Source of the DNA: a virus
Length of the DNA: 64,000 nt
Direction: 5' to 3' (one strand)
IMG/VR virus record: IMGVR_UViG_3300020156_000023
Location: 36,411 to 100,410 of that record
Each line of letters opens with the position of its first letter. Position 1 is the first letter of the stretch. Below are positions 9,501 through 18,795 of the stretch, in pieces. The notes beneath the pieces are model-generated. The model was given only the letters and a program-made list of their open reading frames with translations. It was not told the DNA's origin and searched no databases. The translations under genes were made by a program, and so were the position numbers.

Positions 9501-12305
9501 AAAGAAAGATAATACAGCTCCTACTACAACTAATAAACCACCTGCAATATAATTCCATACAGAACTCTTACCTGCTCTCTTAGCAGGTCTGTTCTCCCAG
9601 AATACTGTATTAACATATCTCATAGGAGATACATAAGAGTCTCCACCAAATACTATAGCAGTATCACCTGACTGCATATTAACAGAGTTCTTATAGTATG
9701 GTAATAACCTGAAATTAGAATAAGGGTCAGATAAATCTCTACCTAAAACTACATAAGGTAAGTTCTCAGTAACTGTGTTAATAGGTTCATTCTTTAGATG
9801 AACTACACCAACCCTGTTGTCTGAAGAGACATTATAGTAAGTCTTAGCCCCACCATCTATATTCCTGGACTCTGTTGCTTTAAGATAAAAAGTATCTTCT
9901 ACATTAGAAGCATCAATATTAAATGTATTCCTTAAATCAAACTCTGTGTAATTATCCCTAACTATAGTAGCAAGACACCACCCATCATAACCTCTTGAAT
10001 TAGGAGTACCATCAGCTTTGTGTCCATCATCATTACCTCCCTTATGAGCATCTGCATCATAAGATGAACCATCAAGTACATCATTAAACCTTATCTTACT
10101 CTTATCTCTTTTAATTATACTATAATTACCTTCCTGCCTTATGTAATCATATACACTATATTCTTTATTATTAAACTTATGCTCTGGATATATTAATCCA
10201 AACATATTCTTTTGTATCTTATCTTGTGATATCTCAGGTTGTAATAAACCATGTGAAATATATTTATCATTTATTAGTGAAGGAGTAAGTACAGCACCAT
10301 CTAAAATAGTTTTCTCATTCTCTGTTCTTTCATTCCTTACTATATAATAACCTATAATCTTAGCTCCATTGGTATCTTCTAATGAAGGAGTATCTATTCC
10401 AGAGAACTTAATACCAAATATCTCTGTACTGTATATCTTAGACTCTGTAGTAAATTCAGCATCTACTATTTCAGTTGCATATTGTAAACCTTTTGGAGAA
10501 GTTTCTCCTGGTGGTACTTCAGTATATGTAATACCATCATCAGATTCTTCTATCTTAGTTACTACTATGTTACTTGAAGTATATAAGTTAGAGTATAAAT
10601 TCTCATTAACTGGATTAGATAGTTGTGCTGGGTCTAATACAATAGATAAATCTTCCTCAATACCATCTACTGTATAGGTAAGCTTAACTACAAAAGGTGG
10701 AGCACAAAGTGTAGGTTCTCCTGTATCAGGGTCTATAGGACAATCCTCTGGTAATACTATAGTACCATCTGCAGTAATCCTTATTCTCCAATATGTAAAT
10801 TGATTCTGTGTAGCATCTCCTTCCTGTTGTACTAAAGGTTTATTAAGCTCTGTCCTAAATGGAAACCTATGATGCCTCACTGGAGCATTTTGTAAAGGTT
10901 CACCCTCTGAGTCTAATCCCCAATAGTTATTACTTACACAAGAATCATTGTCAATGTATATATTGTTCTTTGATGCATTCCTTGTATTATTCATTGGATA
11001 CACATTGGTACCTGGAGAATAAACAGTAGTAGGGTCTACATTGGGGTTCTTACCTGGTATATGAAATACAGGACTAAGGCTTCCATCATCAAAAACATAC
11101 ACTATACCAAATGAATATAATTCTCCTGGCATATATCCTAAACCTCCTGTAATCATATCCCCAAACTGCATAGCTGGGTTCTTAGGATTAGCTGGGTCAT
11201 GTTGTGAGTTAAGTATTACTTTCTTAGTAATACAATCTGCTTTTATCCTTGAAGCATATCTTTGTAGTAAGCACCAGTTAACTTGTTTACCTTGTGTATT
11301 ACCCAATAGTAATCTGTTCTCTATTTGTTCTATACTCTGAGCCCTGTATATAATCTCATTGAAGAAAGCTATTTCTTCTTCTGTACCTGTGGAAGCTGCA
11401 TTAGCCCCAGTGTAGATAAAGAAGTTCTTATCTACAGGTATTACTTCTGAGTATTCAACTCCAGTAACAAATCCTGTTCCTCCAGTAGAGCCTATAAATG
11501 CTAATCTATAGAATGTAAAACTTGTATCTAAATCATCTAATACAACTCTTATAGCTTTAGAAGTTGCTGGGAAATCCTCATAATCCACATCTGAATTAAT
11601 AGAACCTCTTATATTTAAGTAATCTTCAGTAGATAAATCATTGTACACATTAACTACAGGACTTGTAGTAATCCATTCTGTTGGATTAAGTCCTTCATCT
11701 AAGTACTGTACAGCTATATTATATGAACCAGGTTCTAATACACCACCTGAGTCCATTACTTCTACTTCTTCAAAACTTGGTATAGAGTTATAATCTTTAA
11801 AAAGATTGAACTTTCTTGCAGACCATGTATCATCCTCATTCTTATAATCCTCAGGTTTATCAAAATTGAAGTACCTCGGTTTGTTATAATCATCTGTAAA
11901 GTAGATAGTTCTCTCACAACCTCTTCTTAATCTGTAAGTAGCTTGTATCTGATGAGCTACTTTGAAATTCAACTTATCTTCAACAGGGCTATCTATATCA
12001 TTTACATGAGTTACATAGTTACAATTGTTATCCAATATACCTATCTCTGAGGCTGTCTCATCACTTCTCACAAGGAATACAATAGTTTCATTGTTCCCTA
12101 TATACACCTTTCCTAATGGGATATAATCTGTAGGAATACTATCACATATGTCATTACTTTCCTCATTACCTATAAATGCAAAATCTCCTAACTCAGTTTC
12201 ATTAACTGCGTTAAGAGCAAATCTATAAGTATCCTTAGGTTGGTCCCCTGGAGAACTGTCTAAGTGTAAACCTTTTGCAGGTCTTTGTACATTATCTTGT
12301 TGCAT
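6573..12305 (-). CDS. Tail muzzle/stabilization protein (P22 gp10-like) with inserted domains
   Basis: 1910 aa; N-terminal KGLHLDSSP..QPKDTYRFALN, YFTDDYNKPRYFN, WTMSYS..WISWHSY and C-terminal FRDKYLVVRL are typical of crAss-like muzzle proteins. Confidence 0.8.
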   Translation of the reverse strand: MQQDNVQRPAKGLHLDSSPGDQPKDTYRFALNAVNETELGDFAFIGNEESNDICDSIPTDYIPLGKVYIGNNETIVFLVRSDETASEIGILDNNCNYVTHVNDIDSPVEDKLNFKVAHQIQATYRLRRGCERTIYFTDDYNKPRYFNFDKPEDYKNEDDTWSARKFNLFKDYNSIPSFEEVEVMDSGGVLEPGSYNIAVQYLDEGLNPTEWITTSPVVNVYNDLSTEDYLNIRGSINSDVDYEDFPATSKAIRVVLDDLDTSFTFYRLAFIGSTGGTGFVTGVEYSEVIPVDKNFFIYTGANAASTGTEEEIAFFNEIIYRAQSIEQIENRLLLGNTQGKQVNWCLLQRYASRIKADCITKKVILNSQHDPANPKNPAMQFGDMITGGLGYMPGELYSFGIVYVFDDGSLSPVFHIPGKNPNVDPTTVYSPGTNVYPMNNTRNASKNNIYIDNDSCVSNNYWGLDSEGEPLQNAPVRHHRFPFRTELNKPLVQQEGDATQNQFTYWRIRITADGTIVLPEDCPIDPDTGEPTLCAPPFVVKLTYTVDGIEEDLSIVLDPAQLSNPVNENLYSNLYTSSNIVVTKIEESDDGITYTEVPPGETSPKGLQYATEIVDAEFTTESKIYSTEIFGIKFSGIDTPSLEDTNGAKIIGYYIVRNERTENEKTILDGAVLTPSLINDKYISHGLLQPEISQDKIQKNMFGLIYPEHKFNNKEYSVYDYIRQEGNYSIIKRDKSKIRFNDVLDGSSYDADAHKGGNDDGHKADGTPNSRGYDGWCLATIVRDNYTEFDLRNTFNIDASNVEDTFYLKATESRNIDGGAKTYYNVSSDNRVGVVHLKNEPINTVTENLPYVVLGRDLSDPYSNFRLLPYYKNSVNMQSGDTAIVFGGDSYVSPMRYVNTVFWENRPAKRAGKSSVWNYIAGGLLVVVGAVLSFFTAGASTIVIGAGVSLIGAGALFISSGLERDAMVKAYDEAYNKGLRETSLDTWVQSEYGKGRPGHEGGSGPSDDEIQWIGDCLTDIWFDTSVNTHLRHGMISDVPTFLDAPGMYESGNNDPKVIWEFFDLWYERADSRYPVSRLEQHLANKLTMYDSSRNDNRLYLGAALGEYYKVNPDYHRYNKQKLYYHLPLEYDCCTDCMEDFPHRIHYSEQSFQEELTDNYRVFLPNNYRDIEGETGEIKNLFKIGNDLFIHTLEGLWQMPRSYQERVTDQIVSFIGTGSYFEIPPQKVVDDDTGSSAGIQHKWSAIKTPLGYFFVCENQRKIYQFDGRKLRAISNQGLSNWFKENIGLIVDQQYYNTTGEEYIYADNPSNLFGSGFISTYDTKKERVIFTKKDFTLSEDVVGQPGYEMCVFDGQITIFPNFNQIIEDEATEGWNYIGLENCRMKFRRDVIKTKTEIREGTVVLPNNTHVYVFYDTSGSFNAPGYLEGLQTAVTDWYEELRPEDVGMTKLHHIDNSQERWVNFATQAALDPAHNGDILVISLCNESNAAYHQPLITNPIDGQPTATYISDYATFTSTTYPSLNSFIGINYPIATDGGPYTNSQAFIQQSLLAIKGTSYTEAEADAIPVNGVFDTVEWNNVKDTLLATNPYSVLGPGLETYDWYIKPDRNDLAVIAGEQDVIITPAEFAADINALLEDIISVGEIEVEVQYLDTEYKYIDGTVVEDPMELHNSWTMSYSLKQDAWISWHSYLPSFYMNVPEKFYSWTPGSDNIWIHNVLGDYQTYYQQYFPHILEYVSLSNPLITRLWNHIRLLTEAKSYNKEFKDYVDERFVTFNKMIAYNSRQCTGLLNLKVKDTDFNQQDWFKNQTTDFNDGDIMIDKVEKDWLVNDLRDIRINYNLPIWDSNIISRQDDYYIDKVLNEATLNYSKEWTELESFRDKYLVVRLIFDNFAGVSNKKLITNYSAENEQQSFR

Positions 12306-12314
12306 AATTATATA

Positions 12315-13325
12315 TTATATACCTCTTAATGAAAAACCACTTCTTGACATCTTACCAAAATAACCATAGTATCTATTCCTTTGTGGTATTAATTGGTGAG
12401 TCATATCTTTTAAATTCTCATATTCATCTTCTCCATAAGGAAGTAAAGATTTATTACCTGCTTGTTTACAATACCATTGCCAATCTGATTCAGCTTTTTG
12501 GAACTTATCAGCATAACCTTCTCTTCCTAAGTACCACATCCTACCCATATACTTCATAGTAATATACATTGTAATAGCTGTAATCATACTATACTCATCA
12601 GGTATTAAAGGATATCCAGTTTCTGTATCTATAGCTTGCCTGTAATAAGCTACTGCTATTGAGCCTTCCTTAAATGAAGTCCTTATTTTATCTCTTACTA
12701 TTGTATATTCATCTACACAGGTAGAGTATAATCCTTGAGTATTCTCAGGAAGTACTAATGTATTAAAGAAGGAGTGATTAGCTAACCTTACAGGAGTATA
12801 TGCATTCCTATATATATTAGAATTTCTCCAACCTTCATATTCATATTTCAAGTCAAAGTAAGGCCTATAATAAGCTATTTCATAATCTCCTATCAGATGT
12901 CCATTACAATCCATAAATACATATTCCTGTCCATTATGGAAATAATAATCTCCTGTAGCAGATTGTTGTAATCCTGTCTTTGGAGTACTACATCCACAAG
13001 ATGTAGGATTCTTTACTAATTCTTCTGTAGTACAATCTAACTGTATATTAGCTGGACATAAACAATCTTCTTTATTTTCCTTAACCCATTTATTATTTCT
13101 TGCTACTTGTATTATAGAGTGCAATCCATTGGGTAAGTCTCCCTGATGATTCTCTATTTCAATAAAAGCTACTGCTTCTTCATACAGAGTAACAGCACCT
13201 ATACCTTCTAAAGCCTCACCTACCCATTCAACAAGGTCTGTCTCACTAATTTCTTCAAGTCCTAAATCTCTATATACTTTAGATATAATCCTGTCTAAAG
13301 ATATATATTGCATTTTTCTTCCCAT
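12315..13325 (-). CDS. Tail tubular/ring protein
   Basis: 336 aa; EWVGEAL, GYPLIPD and WQWYCKQA motifs; adjacent to the muzzle gene. Confidence 0.7.
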   Translation of the reverse strand: MGRKMQYISLDRIISKVYRDLGLEEISETDLVEWVGEALEGIGAVTLYEEAVAFIEIENHQGDLPNGLHSIIQVARNNKWVKENKEDCLCPANIQLDCTTEELVKNPTSCGCSTPKTGLQQSATGDYYFHNGQEYVFMDCNGHLIGDYEIAYYRPYFDLKYEYEGWRNSNIYRNAYTPVRLANHSFFNTLVLPENTQGLYSTCVDEYTIVRDKIRTSFKEGSIAVAYYRQAIDTETGYPLIPDEYSMITAITMYITMKYMGRMWYLGREGYADKFQKAESDWQWYCKQAGNKSLLPYGEDEYENLKDMTHQLIPQRNRYYGYFGKMSRSGFSLRGI

Positions 13326-13327
13326 AA

Positions 13328-13900
13328 TTATAAATATTTTAATGAAGTTTTATTTTTCCTTAAACCAGACATATAACCTCTAAGTGTTCCATAATTCAAA
13401 TTTAAATCCTTAGCTGCGTAAGATAATGACTCATATATAACACCAGTATTTTCATCTATAACTTTCTTTGCTCTTGATTCAAATAATTTTTTCTTCATAT
13501 ATTCTGACATAGTTCTTTTTCTATTACTATCAGCTATTTTATTTTTGGTTTCTTGGCTAAGTTTTTTACCTGTATTTATTGTTCTTAATTTTTCTTTAGT
13601 GTAATTAGATACAACTTTACCAGTAGAACCTTCTCCACCATTAGTAAGGTTTACTAAATAACCAGTATTTAAATTTCTCCTCCCATATAAAGAAATCAAG
13701 AATTCTTCTAGTTCACAAGCACTGTCCCAATCTAAATTTGTTTGTATAATCTCTACACTATAACCATATTTATTAACAACCTTATTCCACAAATTGTTTC
13801 TACCTTCTTTTATATAGGGTCTTTTTTCACCTCCAATTCCTATATAAAATACCTTATTAGTAACTAATGTTCTGTGTCTATATACTACTATATTTTCCAT
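13328..13900 (-). CDS. GIY-YIG-type homing endonuclease with NUMOD3/NUMOD1 DNA-binding modules
   Basis: VYRH...FYIG, NLTNGGEG, GKKLSQETKNKI, YESLSYAAKDL. Confidence 0.8.
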   Translation of the reverse strand: MENIVVYRHRTLVTNKVFYIGIGGEKRPYIKEGRNNLWNKVVNKYGYSVEIIQTNLDWDSACELEEFLISLYGRRNLNTGYLVNLTNGGEGSTGKVVSNYTKEKLRTINTGKKLSQETKNKIADSNRKRTMSEYMKKKLFESRAKKVIDENTGVIYESLSYAAKDLNLNYGTLRGYMSGLRKNKTSLKYL

Positions 13901-14359
13901 CTACTTAATTAAATATTCTTTTCCACTCCTTATCCTATCCTTTAAAGCCCTCTTATTAGTTCTTGTCATTCTAAGATTAAATAGAGTCTTATTAGGTAAC
14001 AAGACTCTCCTTTTAGACCAGAAGAACTTATATCTTATACCATTAGTCTCTTCATTAAAATGATATACTAACTGCTTCTTTTCTTTAGCTTCTGTATCAG
14101 AGTCCCATAACTCTTTAGTCTTAGCCCAATCAGGGGCTAATCCTTTAATACTATCTCCATCTAAAACTATCTTAGACTTCTTACCCTGTATATGTAAACT
14201 ACCTAATCTCTCAGGTATTATAATCTCTCCCCTTTCAAATAACTTATTTATAAGGAATTTCATAAATCCTTTAACTATAGAAAGGTATTGTTTTACATCT
14301 ATAGGATTCTCAGAGTTAGCTTGATATATCTTATATGTATCTCTTAAGTTATAGTGCAT
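13901..14359 (-). CDS. IHF/HU-like protein of the crAss tail module
   Basis: IIIPERLGSLHI, PDWAKTK, YHFNEETNG; synteny. Confidence 0.65.
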   Translation of the reverse strand: MHYNLRDTYKIYQANSENPIDVKQYLSIVKGFMKFLINKLFERGEIIIPERLGSLHIQGKKSKIVLDGDSIKGLAPDWAKTKELWDSDTEAKEKKQLVYHFNEETNGIRYKFFWSKRRVLLPNKTLFNLRMTRTNKRALKDRIRSGKEYLIK

Positions 14360-14360
14360 A

Positions 14361-15059
14361 TTATTTGCTTTGTTCTCTTAAACTATCTCTTGTATTATTA
14401 GTCTGGTCTTCCTGGCTCTGAGAGAATAGTATGACTAGCTCATTTATAGTAAGCTCAATCATTGCATCTATAAGGTCATTATCTATTGGAAAATCCTGCT
14501 CTAAATAATCTATACAGTTGTTACAATCCTCACAGTCACATAAACCTTTAAATTGAGATGCTTCTATAGGGTCTTCAAATAGAGCTACTATAGATATAGC
14601 CTTAAGATTTTGTGTTGAAGTTACATATAAATATCCATTGTGTAGGAAGTAATTCATCTTCTTTGATGTATACTTATTACCTTTCTGAGCATTCACAGCA
14701 TTTAAGGTAACCTCATCTATCTTAATTCCTCTATCCATTGTAGATACTGTCTGTATAAGTGAACCATTTAATCCTGTTAGAGGCTCAGGTAACTTATATT
14801 TAGTTCTCAGAATCTTACAACCTAATGGTGGTACGCAAGGACAATCATGTGGTGGTACTAATTCTAACTCTACACAAGGTAGTACCTGATAGTTCCACTG
14901 TGATATCTTTTGCTTTTTCTTAGCTTCTTGTGAAATAAGCCTTGACCTTACAGTTAAAAGCTTGTTATATATATGTCTGTTAGTAAGCCTGGAATCATCA
15001 GATTTAACACCCTTACTATAGAGACTTTGTACTCTCTGTAAAATATCTTTTAATTTCAT
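14361..15059 (-). CDS. Structural ring/tail protein
   Basis: 232 aa; DDSRL, CVELE, ILRTK..LP, ALFEDP, FPID motifs. Confidence 0.65.
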   Translation of the reverse strand: MKLKDILQRVQSLYSKGVKSDDSRLTNRHIYNKLLTVRSRLISQEAKKKQKISQWNYQVLPCVELELVPPHDCPCVPPLGCKILRTKYKLPEPLTGLNGSLIQTVSTMDRGIKIDEVTLNAVNAQKGNKYTSKKMNYFLHNGYLYVTSTQNLKAISIVALFEDPIEASQFKGLCDCEDCNNCIDYLEQDFPIDNDLIDAMIELTINELVILFSQSQEDQTNNTRDSLREQSK

Positions 15060-15328
15060 ATCATATTAAAATTTTTCATTAGATATAATAGTTCCTCCTC
15101 ATTTCTACAAGAACCTTTATAACATACTTCCCATTCAAAAGAATTTCTTTCATAAGCTTCCATAGTAATATATCTATCAAAATCTACGAAATTCAATCTA
15201 TAATCAAGAGGTCTATTAGAATACTCATCTACATAAATCTCATTCTTAACAGGCCACTCATACCAGAAAGCTCCTATATGTGTCCATCCTAAAGATATTA
15301 TTTTATTTCTTGCTTCTACTACATTCAT
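15056..15328 (-). CDS. Hypothetical protein
   Basis: 90 aa ORF, translationally coupled to the next gene. Confidence 0.6.
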   Translation of the reverse strand: MNVVEARNKIISLGWTHIGAFWYEWPVKNEIYVDEYSNRPLDYRLNFVDFDRYITMEAYERNSFEWEVCYKGSCRNEEELLYLMKNFNMI

Positions 15329-15330
15329 AC

Positions 15331-16056
15331 TTATCCTCTTTTAGCAGTTAGTTCTTGTAAAAGTAATCCAGTTAAATCTTCAGTTTTGAATACCTCATAA
15401 GTACCATTAGGTTTAAGCCATATAATCTTTCTTGACTCAACTTCAAATCCACATTGTTCAAATAAGATTTGATATAGTGAAAGCTGTAGCTGATATTTAT
15501 TATAAGGACAATCTATAAGGAAATCAAATGGAGGTAACATTTTCTTACCTTTATAATTCTTGAACAAGTCAATATTTGTCTTGTAATCAGCTATAATAAA
15601 CTTACCAGTTTTTGTATTATATAATACAATATCTGTTGTTCCTGCTAATCCAAAAGCTTCAGAATACATCTGTAGTTCAAACAAAAAAGGTTCTATGTAG
15701 TCTGGGATATTATCCCAAAAACTAACTATAGAAGCCTCATGTCCATTTGTAGCTATTTGCCCTGTAGTGTAATTCTCTCCAAATGCATGTACAGAAGTAC
15801 CTCTGTCACAAGCTGCATTTTTCTTATCTTCCCACTCTTGTAATATCATTTCTTTGGTATATAATATACCTTCTTCTTTTGTTCTTTTAATTGCTACAAA
15901 CCCTGCTATTTTATCAGCATCAAAAGGTTCTACATATTTCTTTATAAGGCTGGAAACAGAGCTAAGGCTCTTGTTCCCAACTTTATAAGAATGACTTTCA
16001 GGATTAAATTGTAATCCCTGAAAGTAGTTTTTTATTTTATTCTTTAATTCATCCAT
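15331..16056 (-). CDS. PD-(D/E)XK nuclease (RecB/lambda-exonuclease-like)
   Basis: RGTSVH, AGTTD, IADYKT, YQLQLSLY motifs. Confidence 0.85.
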   Translation of the reverse strand: MDELKNKIKNYFQGLQFNPESHSYKVGNKSLSSVSSLIKKYVEPFDADKIAGFVAIKRTKEEGILYTKEMILQEWEDKKNAACDRGTSVHAFGENYTTGQIATNGHEASIVSFWDNIPDYIEPFLFELQMYSEAFGLAGTTDIVLYNTKTGKFIIADYKTNIDLFKNYKGKKMLPPFDFLIDCPYNKYQLQLSLYQILFEQCGFEVESRKIIWLKPNGTYEVFKTEDLTGLLLQELTAKRG

Positions 16057-17066
16057 TACATTTTTAAGTATTGTGAATTAGTTATCTTAAACAAATGTCC
16101 ATCCTCCTTACATCTCATAATTCTATGAATAGTTCCAGAAGGAGCTACTGTTGTCTTAAATAATTCTGTATTATTACCACCACATATTGGACAGGTTGTT
16201 CTTTCTAATCCCATAGTTACTCCTGCATGTATTGGATGTTTTAGGTATTTCCTCATCCTTAAATAAACATCCTCAGTAACTACTATATCCTGTACATTGT
16301 AGTCTATCATTAATTCCATTGCCTCTCTAGCTTCTTTCTTAGTTCCATATTGGATAGCTTCCCACATTGCTAAACCAGAGTGCTGTAATTTAGTTTCAAG
16401 TCCTAAGTACCTTGCAATATAGTTCATTGAGTATGAAGGCAACCTGAACAACCTCTTAGCTTCCTTCATAAGGTCAAGAGACTTAACATGTGTGTTTACT
16501 TCTAAGTTGTGTTTAAGAGCCCTTGAATTAATGTACCTGTTGTCAAATTTGTCATTATTAAATCCTATAACATAATCTGCTTCATTGTAAACTTCTAAAA
16601 ACCTCTTAAGTAATTTCTTATCAGATTGCTTCTTATTCCACTTTAAGTGATGAACTTTATCTTCACCTAACCACTTATAAGCTACTGTAATGATTCTAGG
16701 CTCTGAGGTTATGGAGTTACCATTTAAGTATTGTTGTCCACTCCACCATACATTAGCTTCCATTCTTGCAGTTTCTATATCATAGATAAGAATCTTAGGT
16801 TGAGGTCTTGAAACACTGAGAGTAAGAATGGTTTCAGGTTCTGTATCAGATTGTACTTGTGAAAGATTTATATTTGTTTCTTCAGAAAGCCTTTGATATT
16901 TTCTCCAAATATCATTAGCTGCTGTTCTTCTTTGTTTAGTACTACCTGAAGGTTTTATTCCAAAAGCATATGCTAATGTAATCCAGTTTTGATTTCTTCC
17001 ATTCTGTAGGATATATTGAACCATATCCCATTCATTACTTTCAAATTTGTCTTGTAATTGTATCAT
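16056..17066 (-). CDS. RNase H-fold (DEDD) 3'-5' exonuclease with C-terminal Zn ribbon
   Basis: IYDIET, GFNNDKFD, YNVQD, CPICG. Confidence 0.8.
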   Translation of the reverse strand: MIQLQDKFESNEWDMVQYILQNGRNQNWITLAYAFGIKPSGSTKQRRTAANDIWRKYQRLSEETNINLSQVQSDTEPETILTLSVSRPQPKILIYDIETARMEANVWWSGQQYLNGNSITSEPRIITVAYKWLGEDKVHHLKWNKKQSDKKLLKRFLEVYNEADYVIGFNNDKFDNRYINSRALKHNLEVNTHVKSLDLMKEAKRLFRLPSYSMNYIARYLGLETKLQHSGLAMWEAIQYGTKKEAREAMELMIDYNVQDIVVTEDVYLRMRKYLKHPIHAGVTMGLERTTCPICGGNNTELFKTTVAPSGTIHRIMRCKEDGHLFKITNSQYLKM

Positions 17067-17088
17067 ATAAAAATAGTTTTAACTCCTG

Positions 17089-17096
17089 CAAAGTTA
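17089..17096 (-). promoter_or_regulatory. Bacteroidetes-type -7 promoter element (TAACTTTG)
   Basis: TAnnTTTG on the minus strand just upstream of the exonuclease gene. Confidence 0.55.
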
Positions 17097-17135
17097 AAAC
17101 TATTTTCTGACATTTTAGCTATATAGCTAAATTAT

Positions 17136-17348
17136 TTATACTATTTCTTCCCAACTTACTACTCCATCAGTAGATACTAGTTGGAAATTACCTGTTTCAG
17201 GAGGTTCTGGTAGTCTGCTATCTGGAACAGCCCCAATAGCTTCTGGAGTAATATCTTCAATCTGAAGATTGTACTTAGCTCCAAATAAAAGAAGTTTAAT
17301 TATTTTTTCAACTTCATTAGGATTTTTTAGCTTAGCTTGTAAGTTCAT
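17136..17348 (-). CDS. Hypothetical protein
   Basis: 70 aa ORF in operon orientation. Confidence 0.55.
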   Translation of the reverse strand: MNLQAKLKNPNEVEKIIKLLLFGAKYNLQIEDITPEAIGAVPDSRLPEPPETGNFQLVSTDGVVSWEEIV

Positions 17349-17374
17349 GTGTTTGGTTTTGGTTTGTTAAATAT

Positions 17375-17740
17375 TTATTTTTTCTCATTCATGGCCTTAT
17401 ACTCTATAAATTCTGTTTTAAGAGCATAATAGTCAGTTTTTAATTTGTCATACTCAACCAGGAGTACTGCATACTTAGTTCTTTCTGTAGATAATTCCTG
17501 GGTTACCTGAGTCAATCTTACTTTAACTTCATTGAGTTCTTCCTTGATATCATTGTATCTTGAAAGAGAATCCTCAGTGAACCTATCATAAGCTTCTTGC
17601 ATTGATTTGAGAGCATCTGTAGATAATTGCTTTTCTTCAATCTTTCTCTTCCTCCTCTCATTAATATAAGCAAAGAGAGAACCTCCCCCAAATAAACCAG
17701 TTATTATACTAAATAGATTTTCTAATAACCATTCTTTCAT
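17375..17740 (-). CDS. Membrane-anchored coiled-coil protein (holin/lysis-associated candidate)
   Basis: N-terminal TM segment, basic RRKRK, then coiled coil. Confidence 0.5.
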   Translation of the reverse strand: MKEWLLENLFSIITGLFGGGSLFAYINERRKRKIEEKQLSTDALKSMQEAYDRFTEDSLSRYNDIKEELNEVKVRLTQVTQELSTERTKYAVLLVEYDKLKTDYYALKTEFIEYKAMNEKK

Positions 17741-17764
17741 TTTTATGTTTCCTTTCTTATATCA

Positions 17765-17989
17765 TTAACAATCATCACACTCTAAGGGACAATGCTCTAC
17801 TTCTTCAAATTCTACAGCAGACTCAGGAAATATATTGTTATATGCAGTTATAGGTAATATACTTGTAATCCAATTATAATTACAGTCTGGTACACAATTT
17901 ATGTGAGTTGAAGTACCATATTCAGGTACATAAACTCTTACATCTTGTATCTGGTCTTTTACTTGTTGTGTTACTAATGCTACTATCAT
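17765..17989 (-). CDS. Hypothetical protein (fibre-associated)
   Basis: 74 aa, coupled to the upstream gene. Confidence 0.55.
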   Translation of the reverse strand: MIVALVTQQVKDQIQDVRVYVPEYGTSTHINCVPDCNYNWITSILPITAYNNIFPESAVEFEEVEHCPLECDDC

Positions 17990-18795
17990 TATGCTACTGG
18001 TGTTAATCCTACTCTTTGTAAGAAGTTATTATAAGATGTTCTGAATACTTGAGATTGTGCATAACTAATAGCACCACCTAAGAAATAACAGGATATTGTA
18101 CTGGTTCCATAACCTGCTGCACCTGACCTGAGTATTAGCTGCTGTTCTGATGCTACGCTGGTTGAGGCTGCAATTCTATCCATTTGAATATTCTTATTAA
18201 TAAGCATCACATTAGTGTTATCACTTCTGCTTATCATCTTAAACCCATTTTGCGACATGTCAGCTTGTAAATTAAGATTGTCACTATTAATCCTATGAGT
18301 AACTCCATTACTTAAAAATAGTCTGTTTAATGCAGCAACTTGTCCGTCAAATGAATTATCGGTATTGTCGTATATATATACGACCCCACCCCTGCAAGCA
18401 TCGTTTAACGTATAGTTATTAGTTCCAACAGTAGGATTAAATGTAGTATTTACGAAAGCATCTGAGTTATTTCCAGATATTCCTGAAGGCCAATAATTAA
18501 GTCCTCCATGATTAATAGCTAATGGTCCAGTTGGGTTCTTCCAATTAATTAAACTTATATCCCATAGATTCAATCCATCATGTTCTCCATAAGCAAAATT
18601 AAAAAATAAATCTAACTTATTCCATATACCATTATCTATCATCCTTCTAATAAGAACATCACAAGCCACTTGTGCTGTATAACTTGGAAGGTCAAATAGT
18701 TCAGCCTCTGCCCTGGTTTTAATAGCAATCCACTCAGGAGTAAATTCATACTCTGGTATTGAAGTTACTATACTATGCGTTATTGGTTTTATCAT
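17989..18795 (-). CDS. Putative tail-associated beta-rich protein
   Basis: Likely start MIKPITH overlaps the fibre stop (ATGA); GIWNKLD motif; Asn/Ser-rich. Confidence 0.5.
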   Translation of the reverse strand: MIKPITHSIVTSIPEYEFTPEWIAIKTRAEAELFDLPSYTAQVACDVLIRRMIDNGIWNKLDLFFNFAYGEHDGLNLWDISLINWKNPTGPLAINHGGLNYWPSGISGNNSDAFVNTTFNPTVGTNNYTLNDACRGGVVYIYDNTDNSFDGQVAALNRLFLSNGVTHRINSDNLNLQADMSQNGFKMISRSDNTNVMLINKNIQMDRIAASTSVASEQQLILRSGAAGYGTSTISCYFLGGAISYAQSQVFRTSYNNFLQRVGLTPVA

